A stretch of 64,000 nucleotides of DNA from NCBI RefSeq assembly GCF_009914755.1, contig NC_060947.1, one strand, 5' to 3'. Source of the DNA: the human T2T-CHM13v2.0 reference genome, Homo sapiens. A program made the translations under genes and the position numbers. The notes beneath the pieces were generated by a model. It saw only the letters and a program-made list of their open reading frames with translations. It was not told the DNA's origin and did not search any database. Shown piece by piece: positions 44,627-58,153 of this stretch (positions are counted from its first letter, which is position 1; each line of letters starts with the position of its first letter).

Positions 44627-44808
44627 ATTGTCTTGTCTGCTCTTTGATTATGCTGTTCACTCTACATGAAAGTTCCTTCACTTTTTTTTTCTTTTTTTTT
44701 TTTTTTTTTTGCTTCACTCGCTCCTCCTCCTAAAGGTGGCTTCATGATTTGGTACAAAGATATTCTCCTCTGGGGCAATTTCTTTACACTATCTTGTCTA
44801 GCCTGAGT
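44627..44808 (-). repeat. Right arm of a ~190-bp inverted duplication
   Basis: attgtcttgtctgctctttgattatgctgttcactctacatgaaagttccttca...atcttgtctagcctgagt. Confidence 0.95.
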
Positions 44809-44999
44809 GAGGATTCAGGGTGAAATGAGGCATTTGGCCAAATGCCCTATGAAAATAACATTTCTCTGTTTAACAAACTCGTAATGTTATCAAAAAGAAA
44901 GTACACCTACTTGGGTAAATTATTCTTAGCCCAAGCTGATACTCAGTGATTATTTTTTTCTTCCACATGCTTTCTTAAAAAATATAATACTAATTATTA

Positions 45000-45235
45000 T
45001 ATAAAAGTACACAGCATTTACTCTAACCAAGACACTGTTTTAAGCATTTTATATTAATTTTTACAATAACTTTATGAGATGGGCATTATTATTATCATTT
45101 TAAAGATGAGGAAAGCAGGTAATAAGAGGATTAAGTCACATGGCCAGAGCCACGCAACTAGTATATAGCAGAACAGAGATTAGAACTGCGACAGTCTACA
45201 GAATCCATGTTTTAATGGCTATGTTATACTGCTGC
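45000..45235 (-). mobile_element. MIR
   Basis: tacaataactttatgagatgggcattattattatcattttaaagatgaggaaagcagg..gccacgcaactagta. Confidence 0.75.
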
Positions 45236-45434
45236 ATGTAACCATATGTTTAATAATTTTTTCTACAATTTGGACATGGACTGCTTTTATACTTAGTGAT
45301 TTCTATTTTCCAGACTCCATTATATTTCTCTTTTTGATAAAAGGAGCAGTACTTGTTCACTTCCAGTCTCCTGGTTATTCTCTAACATTCTACAGCTTCT
45401 CAAGGGTGAAATTGATGATCTATTCAGACCTCTG

Positions 45435-45848
45435 TGTCTGATTCCATTATGTGCTGCTGTAACAGAATACCTGAGAATGAGTAATTTCTAAAACATAGAT
45501 TTATTTTTTATCATTCTGGAGGCTGGGAGGTCCACATCTGGTAAGGGCATTTTTGCTGTGTCTTAGCATGGAAGAAGGTGAAAGGACAAGAAAGCGTGCG
45601 CATGCATGAAGAGTGAGAGAAGAAAAAAGAAGGGAAGGGAAGGGAAGGGGGCCAAACTCATTGTCATTATCAGAAACTCACCTCCATAATAACAAACCCA
45701 CTTGCAAAATATAAAGGCATTAATCCATTCATGAGGAAAGAACCCTCAGGACCTAATCACCCCTTAAAAGTTCTACTTACCAACGCCATTGCATCAGGGA
45801 CTAAGTTTCCAACATATGTATTTCAGGGGATGCATTCAAACCATAGCA
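45435..45848 (-). mobile_element. MST (MSTD-like) MaLR solo LTR
   Basis: tgctgctgtaacagaatacctgagaatgagtaattt...gcattaatccattcatgagg...cattcaaaccatagca; near-TSD ctctg/ctcta. Confidence 0.85.
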
Positions 45849-46210
45849 CTCTATAATGCATCTGTATACAGAGCCTTTAAATATTTTAAAGGGTTTAGAT
45901 ACTGGTTCAGAAATTTCTTGTCCTTCAATTCCCTCTTATGTATGTTGATCCACTCTTTCCAGTTTTAAGATTATTCTCTTTGATGTAGAAACACTTCAGA
46001 AATTGCACAGTCCTGCTCTCTTTTATCTCCATAAGTCTTTACCAAATATGGGGAATAATTCCCTGTCTGTCTGCAATGTGCAATGTTCATCAGGGTTTTA
46101 CAATTGTGAGAAAAAAGGCATGGGTTTCTGTCATTCAAGTAGTATTACAGTCAGGAATCCAGGCATGTCTGAATCCTCTTCTGCCAGGCAACCTTCCTCC
46201 CTTTGGGGAA

Positions 46211-46290
46211 GCACATGTGCATGTGAGCACATGTGTGCACGCGTGCACGCACACACACGCACACACAATGGGGGGAGAGAGAGAGAGAGA
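46211..46290. repeat. Alternating purine-pyrimidine tract followed by (GA)n
   Basis: gcacatgtgcatgtgagcacatgtgtgcacgcgtgcacgcacacacacgcacacac...gagagagagagagaga. Confidence 0.85.
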
Positions 46291-47858
46291 GGATAATAGT
46301 AAACGAACAAAATGACACTCCTTGATCATTAGCTTCACAAGTGCCTGAAGTGTCTGACTTTTCTGAACAGTGCTTCTTTGCAATGTTTTATTGAACACAC
46401 ATCCTCTCCAAAATAATAATGAGGGCTTCTAGTGCCTCCAAAGTCTAACTTCAAATCTGTTCACTTACGTCTCTATGATTGCCACATAGGACAAGAGGCA
46501 GAAGTAATTTTAATTAGTTTAGCACATCATAAAAATTTTTCCTGTGTAGTGTCTGTACTAGTAAACAAGAAAAAAAGAAAGATGTGTTGAATGGAGGAAA
46601 GGTTACCTCCCCTGATGTAATGATTTTCTGCATGAGCTCGTTAGACCATTTCTTAAGTTGGCTCTGTGACTCTTAAATCCATTCTCCATGCAAATACCAG
46701 AAATATTTCTTCTAAAGCACATCAGACTGTAATTCCTCTTCACCAGAAACTTCCATGGCACTCTGTTCAGTCAACAGTTTTATAGGAATGAGAGACCATA
46801 GTGGCTGCAGCAGTGATAATAGTAGCATCAGCTGCGGCTCCTTGACCTCTGGATTGCAGTGATGGTGATAGGTCCTTGAAATCAATAGTCCAGTGGCAAA
46901 CATCCAAATCCTGTTCTTCCAGTTGTTACTATAGTTTTAGAAGTATGGAGTTCCATTTATGAAATATATTTCTGCTTTAAATACCTAGAATGGTTTCTGT
47001 ACACTGACTTACTGACTTATGGGCTAATAAGCAATACATTAATAGACTAAGATCAAATAACTTGTAACAGAAACGATAATGCCCCACTATTGTTAGACCC
47101 ACCTCAGAAGGAATCTCTATTGGGCATTTGTGTTTAGTTCTTATGCTTACCTCCACAACACTAAATAGTAAGTTTATAATGCTATTTCTTGATTTATCAA
47201 CTTGAAAAAATGATGAATATATTTACTTATACTACTTGAAACTTTCCATCCCATCCTTCTTCCAAATATTGGTAGTTTTATAGTCGTGGTTACGTTTCTA
47301 AGCTTACATCAGATGCACAGACCTCCATTTCCTGTTCCATTACCTTTAACAGTAAGTAGTCCTTAATGTCCCATTAGGTAAAACTAGGATGTTATTGTCC
47401 CTCACTATTTTTGCACTTTTTATCCTGCTTCTCATGGCTTTATTTCTGTCTGCTAGCATCCCTGATGCTGCAGTATCACATCCAATCTCTCTAGAGAAAA
47501 ACTTCCTGTCATTTGTTCAAAAGTCCATTTGGGATTGCCTGTTACTCTTTCACTCATCACTCTATAAGAGTAAAGAAGTTGACACTAAATAAAATTCTTA
47601 AAGTTATTCTGTAATAAATTTCCAATAATCCCCATGTTTTTAGCATCACTTCTAAACTCTGCTACCTGTACCTGCAAACTCCAAGACTAGAACTAGAAAA
47701 TTGATTGGTAGTCTCTGCAGTCCTCCTTGGGCTGTTTCTTCTTCCATTTGACTTCATTTACCAATATGTTTCCATTTTCAGTCTTCCAGAAATTTGTGTA
47801 AATGCCTTAACCACTAGTAGTGCCCTTCCCATTCTCTTCTGTTTAAGGAAGTTATTCC

Positions 47859-48356
47859 TGTATTAGTTATGTATCATCTCAAATGACATTGTATAACAGC
47901 AAAACACAAAGGCTCGCTGGTATACAACCATAAACATTTGCATAGTGGTGTTTTCCCTGGTAATCATCCGATCTAAGCAGGACTCAGCTGATTTTAGTTT
48001 GGCTTATCTTTCATTTGTAGTCAGCTTCAGGTGCACTAAGTGCTAATCGGCTGGGCCTTCTCCTGTATATGGGAGTAGACTGTCAGCAGGGCAAATCTAC
48101 TCTGCTCTATGTGTCTCTCACTTGTTCCAGCAGGATAGCCAAGACGCATTCTCAGGTCAAAGGTAGAGGTACAGGAGCAAGCACACTCAATTATGCAAGC
48201 ATTTTTCAAACCTCTTTATATGTACTAACATCTCATCTGCCCAACCAGATTACATGGCTAATTCTGGAGTGTGCACAGAAGAACACTAAAAAGTTACAGG
48301 GTAAGATGTGTGGAGGAATAAAGAACTAAGGTCATGAATTGAGTTACTCTATCACA
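47859..48356 (-). mobile_element. MLT1H-like MaLR LTR
   Basis: tgtattagttat...ctgctctatgtgtctctca...atgcaagcatttttcaaacctct...ctatcaca. Confidence 0.65.
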
Positions 48357-48599
48357 TTTTCTTTTTGCATTGTTTTATCCTCATGTTAATGGTGTCCCTG
48401 GAAGGAAGGCACATGTGAATGCTCAGTGCATCAAGTTCGCCTGGAAGACTTTATGTTCTTTCAGGTCACAAGTCATTACCAATGCTGATTTCTGAGCCTA
48501 GAGTGCCTCTTTTCCTCTCTTTATCTATTAATATGCTAACCATCTTTCAAAGACCAGATCAAATACCATTACTTAATGGAAGCCTTCTGTAAATGACAT

Positions 48600-49165
48600 A
48601 AATTGTTTTTGCCTATTTATTATCCATTCCCCATGCTCTGATAATAGAACTTCAGTTTCACTGTAGAGAAATGACTCTTCCTATTAGTCTTTAGAGTTTC
48701 TGGTGAGACAGAACACATTGTTCAATTTAAGTGGGTTTGTGATCTGGCCAATTGGCATCAGATCCGTTGGTGATAGTGATTGGTTCAGATATAGGCACAT
48801 GAATTAAGCTGGTCTATGTCAAAGATAATACTGTAACTTAAGCTAAAAATAACAAAAAAAGAGGCTTATGCTTTTCACTGGAATTATGAAGCTATTAGGC
48901 TATAGTTCTGAAGCTTTTGTTGGTCATCTTTCTCACAACATGGGTAGAGTAGCTACTGAGTAAAGGCAACACACACACAAAAAGTAGATCTAAGTGATGG
49001 AAGCATAGAGATTGCCGAAGTCATGATGTAAATATCTAGATCTAGACATAACTCATATTTTCAGTTTGTTTCAGTGCTTTTCAATACCCTTGGGCATTCC
49101 AACTACTTGAACCAATAAATATCATTTTAACTTAGGCTCACCACTTTAGCACCAAAAGAATTATG
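48600..49165 (+). mobile_element. MLT1K/L-like MaLR LTR
   Basis: gtgatctggccaattggcatc..agtgattggttcagatataggcacatga..aaccaataaatatcatttt. Confidence 0.55.
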
Positions 49166-49529
49166 AGTATTTTCCCAAATGCCTGCCTCTGTTTTACTAT
49201 GGCTATTAAGTGCTCATCCCTTGAGCCTTGTTCCCTTCTCTCCATTCTCTACTTTGAAAATTATTAGTAGGGGGAAACATCCAGTAAGGTTGTACAGAAT
49301 TATCAGAAGGGAGAGATTTTTCCACCTGCTTTTCCCTTCTCTGAAGATTCTAACATGCCCTTCAGTTGCCAATTAATTCTATAATGAACTAGTACAAAAG
49401 TAAGTTTATTTGGTCTCTCAGGTGTTTTGTGATGGTGGTGGGTTGAAAATTTAAGAAACCCTAACAATTATGTATTTTACAGCTTGCATTACAACTGGCT
49501 ATTTCTAAATTAATATTTATTTGTGTTTG

Positions 49530-49675
49530 AAAAATATCTGATGTTTGTTCTAACCCGGAAGCTTCATGTTGACAGTGCCTAAGTATGTTTTGTTCATCAG
49601 TTTATCTTCAGGTCCTAAGACAGTGTCTGGCACATATTGGGGAGTCAGAGCATATTTGTTGTATGAGTTAATGCA
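49530..49675 (+). mobile_element. L2 3' end
   Basis: aagcttcatgttgacagtg..cctaagacagtgtctggcacatattggggagtcagagcatatttgttgtatgagttaatg. Confidence 0.6.
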
Positions 49676-50399
49676 GAAAATTGATTCTGTGTTTTATTTA
49701 TCTCTATACCTGCATATAAATTAACTCAATAACTGATTCTTAAAATAAAAAATAAGCGACATGAGCCACAAGTTTATTACTTTGCGTCCTATGACTAGCA
49801 CACACTCCTCCTCTTTATTCTGATCCTCTCTCTGCAAAGACATTTATAAACATATTTAGCAGTATTATGGATTCGGAGCTTCTCGAAGACAGCTTACCTG
49901 AAATTTTTTGATGTATTTATTCTTGATTGTGTGCCTGTTCTTGTATTTTTTACTTAAATCCCTTTTAAATTAGAGATCTTCCTGTGAAGCTTCATTTGTT
50001 TTGCTTAAAGCTTTCTCTTTTGTAACTTTAGTGGACCGATCTTTCATTTAATAGCCCAAACTGTATTTCTCCAATCTTCTTTTATTGCTTTAGTTTCACT
50101 ACCTTTTAGAATTTCAGACTATTAAATTACAGTGACCTTTTCTATGACATTTCTCATCTGAAAGTCACAACCTCCACCTTATTTCTACACTGCCATCATT
50201 AGGAGACAAGAGAGAGCCTTAGAGTTTCTAATCTCAGGATCAAAACATCTCTTCTCTGGTTTCCTCATATTGTTTATTTAAGAGGAAGGCTTGCAACTCT
50301 ATGTGCTGCAAAGAAGATTGTTTTCTTCTAGCCTCCAAACTGCCCTTAAAAGAGTGAAAAAAATGTACATGCAACATGGCTGAATAGAGGCATCAGACA

Positions 50400-52822
50400 T
50401 CAGAAAAAAGAACCAAAGTTAAAGGTGAATAATCATAACTCAAATAAAATATTGAGGGAAGGGTGTTTGGAACTTTTAGAAGAACTCATGGAAATAAGGT
50501 GGGCACAAAAAAAGCAGAAATCAAGAGTTTGGCAGAGATCAAACTGAGAAACTAGGAGTCCCATGGAAAGAGTAGGTGGAGATATTTTGGGGGCTCCCCT
50601 CAACCCTGTAGCCAACTACTGGTTTCTGATCTACCAGAGAACTCCTCTGCCCTTGCAAGCTCAAGCATTGGCCTGGAGATAGAAAGCAGTGTCTTTTTGA
50701 ACTTAGAGTCAAGAGCCCTGGAAAAGAAGTGGAGAGAGGCAGATCTTGTTCCTGTCTGCTCAGGACCTGGAAATGGTACAACCACCTTTGTCTCTATGGA
50801 GACCTTGGTGCATCTCCCCATGAGCTTCCCCTGCCACTTCCATCAATATTGGTGGTTATGCTCATCATTGGGGTATCTGAAAACAAGATTGGTGGTCCAA
50901 TTCGACCCAGCTTTGGCCCCCTCTCTGGAACTTATGAGAGATCTCAGGGCATAAGGCATTTCACAGATCACCCCATAGCCTGAGACAACAGAGAGCTCTT
51001 CCCAGTAAATAAATATCAAGCACATACCCACCTGTGTCTGCCACAGTTGGCTCTGACCTGTAAGCACCAGGCTTGAGGTTGAACTACACAATTCAATAAA
51101 AAACCTACTAACAGAAGTGCACTGTGCTGGGTAATGAGATAAACTGCCCAAAGCTTCCACAATCCCAGTCCTACAGAAGGTAATATGTCTGCTTATATGC
51201 CAAGTACATTGCTAATACAACCAGCATTGGAGAAAGCCACTTCACAAAAGTTATCTATAACTAAGGAACTGATACAGGGCCTTGGCCCCCTGAAAGCATT
51301 CAGAATTGAAGCCAAATGACCAAACACAACATACATTACAGTCATAACCTCAAGAGGGTATAAAAATGTACCATCCAAATGCAAGTAAATTCAAAAATAA
51401 GAAGTGACAGTTTCTACAGATGGGATGTAACCACTGTAACAATTCTGGTAGTATGGAAAAATAGGGTGTTATGACACCCCTAAAGGACCATACTAGCTCT
51501 CTAGCAATGAATCCTAACTAAAATTAAAACTCTGCAGTACCAGGTAAAGAATTAAAGAGATGGATTTTAAAGAAACTAAGAAAGATCCAAAGAATGTTGA
51601 AAATAAACACAAGTAAATCAGAAGAACAATTTAAGGTATGAATGAAAAATTTATACTAAAGGAATATATCTTTAAAAAATTTTGAGTATGAAAAATTAAT
51701 TGAAGGAATTATAAAATAAAATTGAAAACATAAAGGTAAACTAAACCAAGCAGAGGAAAGAATTTTAGAGGTTGAAGACAGGACTTGAATTAACTCAGAG
51801 AAAAATAAAGATAAAATAATTTAAAAGATGAACAAAGCCTTTGAGAACTATGGGATTATGGTTAGTGTCCAAACCTACAAGTTACAGGTATTCCTGAGAG
51901 AGAATAAGAAAAAGTTAAATGTCTGGAAAACTATAGGAGTAAATAATTGAGAAAAACTTCCATGGTCTTAGTAGAGATTAAGGCAAGCAGAGTAGAAGTA
52001 CAAAGGACTCCTGGAAGATACATTGCAAGACAAACTTCAAAAAGACATGTAGTCATCAAACAACCTAAAGACAAGAGATTGAAAAAAAAATCATCAAAGC
52101 AGCAAGAGAAAGGCCTTTAATTACCTGTAAAGAAAACCCCATTAGAATAACAGTAGACTTCTCAACAGAAATCTTACAAGCTATAACATTGGGGTTCTAT
52201 TTTCAGTCTTTTTAAAGAAAAAGCTGTCAGCTGAGGATTTTGTATCCTGCCAAACTAAGCTTTATAAATGAAGAAGAAATAAAGTATTTCCCAAACAAAC
52301 AAACATTGAGGGAATGTGTTATCACTAGAGTGGACCTACAAGAAATGCTCAAGCAGCTCTATACATGTAAACTAAAGGTTGACATTTGCATGATAAAAGC
52401 ACACAAAAGTGTAAAACTCACAGGTCTTGTGAAGCAACTAAACAATAAAAACTTCAAAGCAACCAAGTAACAATTAATATTATTACAGGAAACAATCTCA
52501 CATACCAATATTAATATCAAATGTAAATGAACTAAATGTTCCAATTAAATGATATAGATTGGCAGAATAAACAAACAAATAATATCCAACAATATGCTGC
52601 TTAGAAGAAACCTACCTAACTGAAAATGATACTATGAGACTCGAAGTAAAGTGGTGAAAAAAGATATTCCACACAAACTGAAACCAAAAGCAAGCAGGAG
52701 TAGCTATACTGATATGAGACAAAACAGACTTTAAATCAACAACAGTAAAAAATGACAAGATTATTATATAATGATAAAGGGATGAATTAAACAAGAAGAT
52801 AGAACAATCCTAAATATAGATG
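50400..52822 (+). mobile_element. Old L1 (L1PB/L1MA-type) 5'UTR, ORF1 and start of the ORF2 endonuclease
   Basis: ORF1 C-terminus YPAKLSFINEEEIKYFPNKQTLRECVITRVDLQEMLK; endonuclease motifs at 52490-52820. The 5' boundary is uncertain. Confidence 0.8.
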
Positions 52823-52997
52823 CTGTTTATTCTTCTTAATTATTTGATGGAGTTAACAAGTGAAGCTATCACAAACCGTATTTTTCATTGTTCAGAGGTT
52901 ATGATTACTAATCCAATCATCTTCTTATTGATCTGTTCATATTTTCTATTTATTCATGATTCAATACTGGTAACTGTATGTTTCTAGAAATGTGTGC
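52823..52997 (-). mobile_element. Short antisense L1 ORF2 fragment abutting the sense L1
   Basis: gtgaagctatc..tgattactaatccaatc..tctgttcatattttctattt..gtatgtttctagaaatgtgt. Confidence 0.6.
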
Positions 52998-54868
52998 ATC
53001 ACACTGGTAATTAAAAAAATTATAAGTGAAAAAGTCAAATAGCAACTGGTAAAATTACTTGTAACGTCTTTGCATGCACTTATGAGCACTCTAGATCCAT
53101 ATGTATTAGAGCAAATTTTCCAAATAATTTGAACCTCATAAACTAAGAGTAACATGTTAGAATGAAAATGTGGAATCTGAAAATTTTGAGCATACATATT
53201 AGAAATCTAAGGCCTTTTCTCAATGATTGCTATGTTAAAATTTCTTTGTAACTTTGCTGGTTCAATTATGTAATGCCTAGACTGTAAGTTGATGACTTTG
53301 AGGTCAAATGGCCAATGTAGAAAGTCAAATAATAGGTTACTTTGGTGAAATAAGTCATACAAGTTTAGATGCTGGGGTATGGGGAGAGAATTAACCAAAA
53401 TTCTCAAATAGTCTTCAAAGTATCCTAAGTAATTAGTATTAGATAAAACTTTTTACTTAGCTTGCTGGACAACTTTGTGATAACTAAGCTCAATTTACCT
53501 ATTACATATTGCTATCACCACAGGGCCTTTTAATGTTGCTTTGGTGAGAAGGAAGTTATGTAATTTAATGGCTTACACTTTTTACCAATGAAAACATCCC
53601 ATATACAAATATTCTTCTGAAATTTGAGGGTTTATAATTTTAAAATATTACAGTAGTAGTCAAACATTGGCCTTAGCATGTAGCAATTTAAAATGTCCTT
53701 TTAGCATTTAAAATGCAAACATTTGAGGAGATTTTATTTTACAGTTTTCTATATTCTGCTGTGTTTTCTCAGAAACCAAATGCAAATCAACATCATCTAG
53801 AGTGTTATATTTATAGTACTTAAATATAAATGACAACTTCAATTTGATTAAAATAGGAGTGCATGCAGTATTAAAAGCTTCTTCTCCCTATGGCACCTAG
53901 TGCCAGTTTCCTTCTGTCCATAAAAATCACCTTATTCACTGAATACACAAAATATTCAGTTTTCTGATTCATCCTGTGTGGTGTCTTCTGAGTGACACTG
54001 AAGAAGCAGAAGGAGGGTGGTGAGGCAGATCACTTGCTGTGCCCTAAGTGTAGCTACTAGTTAAAGGGTGACAGTCCAGCACTGTTCACGTAGGGATGAC
54101 AATTTATTCTTGGACTCATCCTCAGCAGGTGTTGGGCCAGAAGCAGGTTAATTTTTCACATAATTTCTCAAACAGGTCATGCTGACGGTCACTAAGGTCA
54201 CCAGTGACACATCTTCAAAGTTTTGGTTTATAAAAGGCAATGTACTCAGTGTTGGGCTGCCTAAGATAATTAAATTCTGGGCATTTGTCCTGGCAACAGA
54301 CATAGAAGGAGCAATGGTGATGGCTTAGAACACTCAGCTTTCATAAAGGAGAAAGTTTAGATGAGAGGATAAGTTTGGATTTACATATGCATGGGGACCT
54401 TTATCTTCTGTCATTACAGCTTCTTAGTATTGGGCATCATCAGTAGTGGATGATTAAATGTCATATCAGAGCTGGTCTTCTGTTTCTTTTGTGGGAAAAC
54501 CGTAACATTTTATAGTGGATAAATAATTTTCAGCAAGGTAGGATTAGAACAATCCTGCTTGTTCTTTATATTTACCCCCGTCTTATTTCTCATTCCTCCT
54601 CTGCAGATACCTCAGGTTCAAATCAGCCTGAATTTTCCCTGAATATGCCTCCTTAATGTCCTAAAACCACACCTCTGCTTATAATAAATCTAGAACCTAT
54701 GATGATCCTCTATCCCTAAACAAACTTGTCAAAATGTGCTCTTCTTCAAACCCCCTTTCAAATATGTTTCCCTGTGTGGTTTGCATTTAATGCAACATGT
54801 ATTGCATAGTTACCAGGTACACTGCTATATGAGGAAGACCCTCTTTTGTGTGCCCTTGTAAAGCATGA

Positions 54869-55183
<315 letters not shown>

Positions 55184-56289
55184 TGACAATGGACTACTCA
55201 AAGTGAGGGAAAGTCTCTTATTCATCTTTCTAACCAGTCAGAATTTAGGACAGCTTTTGACATTAGAGTATCAATAATGTTTCCTAAGTAAAATAGCACA
55301 AAGAGATGACTATCAAACACATAAAGGTACTTTCATTCAAAGGTGTATCTACATGTTACTTGGCCTATTATTAAAAGATACTTTGTGAGACTTCTAAAAC
55401 GACGGATAGTAAAAGTATATTTATGTCACCTTAAACTTGAAGCAGACAGGGACAAAAGAAAATAAGCCAAAAATTAAAGCTCCATCCTCAATGAAACTAG
55501 GAAGTGACTACTTTCTCAAAACATAAAATACAAAGAATATCTGCCACATAAAATGAAATTAGACGAACCTGAAAAAGAAAACAAGGACGGATAAATATGA
55601 TTATAATCTCTAGCTGGATGCAGAACTCTGTAAGTACAATATAATTTGTCCCTGAAAATTCTAATCAAAAATCAATTATTTGGCATTATAAGCCCCGAAA
55701 TACAGATAGACTCAATAAGAAATTGAGTCTATCTGCTGAGCCTCTATGCCCAATCATACAAATGGAAAAAAAAAAAAGAAACCACATGGAAATTTCAGCT
55801 ATATTTTTTGTCAAATCTGTAGAAAAGATATGGAGGTAAAAATGGTTGGAGGAAATAGTGGAAAGTAAAATAAGATTTGTAACTTCTAACCAAGATCAAC
55901 TGAATAAAATAATAAAAGTGAAATGAAAATCTCCAAATAAACAACAATGAGATACAAGGAAAGCCAAAATTACAACCACCTTGTATGGTCTGCTTATTTC
56001 AGGGGGACAAATAGCGATAAAACTAAAGAAGAAGTATATCCCTAGGAGAGGAAAACATTTATAAACGAAGTCTTCTGAAATCATATGACTAAATTAAAGA
56101 TATCTGCTACTCAGGATCACTCTCCCTAGTTTAAGTAGTTGGAAGCTCAGGAAGAACTGACACGGATATAAGGGAAATAATAAGCAATAAGGATGATTAG
56201 AACTAAGAACAGATATCTCCTCCAAAGGGACAAATCATGATCAGAGCAAGACTATAAATAATATACAACAGAAGAAGAAGTGCTACCCT

Positions 56290-58153
56290 CTTAAAAATGT
56301 TTCTTTTGACTCAACATTCCACTTGAACTGTTGTACAGTTTTCACATTTTCTTTACTGCAAACTCCAAAAAGAAATTGTCTGGATTTATTATTCCCCAAA
56401 TCTCTGCTCCCGTTTTCTCTTTAACCTGAAACAATCAGATCTTGCCCCTATTATGCCTCTGAAACTGCACTTCTATAAGTCACATAGAAAGTTTGTATTG
56501 CTAAATCTGATGATTATTTTTCATACTATTTGGTCTATCTGAAGAATTTCACAGAGTTGAATACCCTCTTTGTGCTGCAGTTTATTTTTTGCTGGGCTTC
56601 AAAGATATCTTAGTCAGCTAAGTGCAACTTTCCAGTCAGTCTTCTCTTTGCTCCTTATTTCCTGGACTTGGAAAGCCTGCAATATCCCACGTGACATAGT
56701 TCCGGATTCTGTAACAAAATTACATAGACTGGATGGCTTCAACAACAAGGATTTATTTCTTATGGTTCTGAAAGGTGGAAGTCTGAGATCAGGGTGCCAG
56801 CATGAGTAGCTTCTAGTGAGGGCCCTCTTCTGAATTGAAGACTACTGATTTCTCCTTGTATTTTCACATGGCAGAAAGAGAGCCAGGTAGATGTCTGGCC
56901 TCTTCTTATGTGGGCACCAATCGCATTATGAGAGCTACCATTATAATGTAAATACTTTCTAAAGGACCCACCTCCTAATACCATCACATTGGAAATTAGA
57001 TTTCCCAGATAAATTTGGGAAAACACAAACATTCAGCCCATACCACCAGACCTCTGTCATTTTGCCTATTATCTTTTATATTTATACTTACTACTTGGGT
57101 CATCTCATCTTTAAATATAATCCATACACCGATTACTCACAAGTGTATACCTATTGTACAAACTTCTGTTTGGAAATCTAAATTGTTACATCATAACATC
57201 TACTTAACATCTTCTCTCATATGATTGATTGAAATATTAAACCTAACAACTCCAAAACTGAGCTACTAAACTTTCACTTTCAAACTGCCTCTCCTGAAGT
57301 ATTCTCCATCTCAGCTGATGACAACTTCTTTCAGTTGCTCAGATCAGTTACCAAGCTATCCCTCCTTAATTCCCGTCTCTTTTTTCTCACTCCATATTCA
57401 ATCCATCTATAAAGAATATTAGCTCCCCATAACCACCCAGTTCTTGGCTATCCTCTTCTATTACTTGGATTACTGCAATAAACTCATTGTTAGCTGTCCT
57501 CCTAATACCCTTGCTTCCCTTTCATCAGTTTTCCACAGAGCAGCCAGAATGATTGTATTAAATGTAATTTAAATTACATCTCTTCTATTATCAACATTCA
57601 TCAAAATCATCAAAATTTTATTTACCTTTCTATTTACAATGCAAATGACCTCACAATGATCTATAAACCCTACATGATCTGCTCCATGTCCTTACCTTTT
57701 TAACATCAGGCTCTTGTTAGTCTCATGCATACTCATTCCACTCCAGCCTTAGTAGCTCTGTTAAACAAATATATCAGCAAATTTCCATGTAGAAACTTGG
57801 CACTGATTTTTCCCTTTGTCTGGAGCGTTTTTCCTCATTATCAAAATTCTTTTTTCCCTCACATTGTTTATGTTTTTATTTAAATAACAACCTTACAGCA
57901 ACAACTACTCTAAAATTGCAACTGTCTCCCACAATATCTTATACTTCATCTCTACTGCTTTCTTTTTACCTCTAGCACTTAATATACTGTACATTGTATT
58001 ATGCATCCATTTTATTATGTATATCTTCCCACTGGCATATAAGCTATATGAAGGCAATTTTATTTGTTTATGTACTAATGTAGCCCTGATATCTAAAAGA
58101 GTGCTTGGCACATTGTAGGCACTCAATAAGTATTTATTAAATAAGTAATTGAA
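56290..58153 (+). mobile_element. L2 (L2a-like) 3' 1.5 kb, split by MLT1A0
   Basis: ttccacagagcagccagaatgatt, ctataaaccctacatgatctgctcc, tgcttggcacattgtaggcactcaataagtatttattaaataagtaattgaat. Confidence 0.8.
56691..57045 (-). mobile_element. MLT1A0-like MaLR LTR
   Basis: ctgtaacaaaattacatagactggatggcttcaacaac...acccacctcctaataccatcacattgg...cacaaacattcagcccatacca. Confidence 0.85.

Noticed and set aside
46780-47020. Possible old LTR 3' end (LTR33/LTR16-like)
   Set aside because: Resemblance is limited to a short terminal motif; family and boundaries cannot be assigned.
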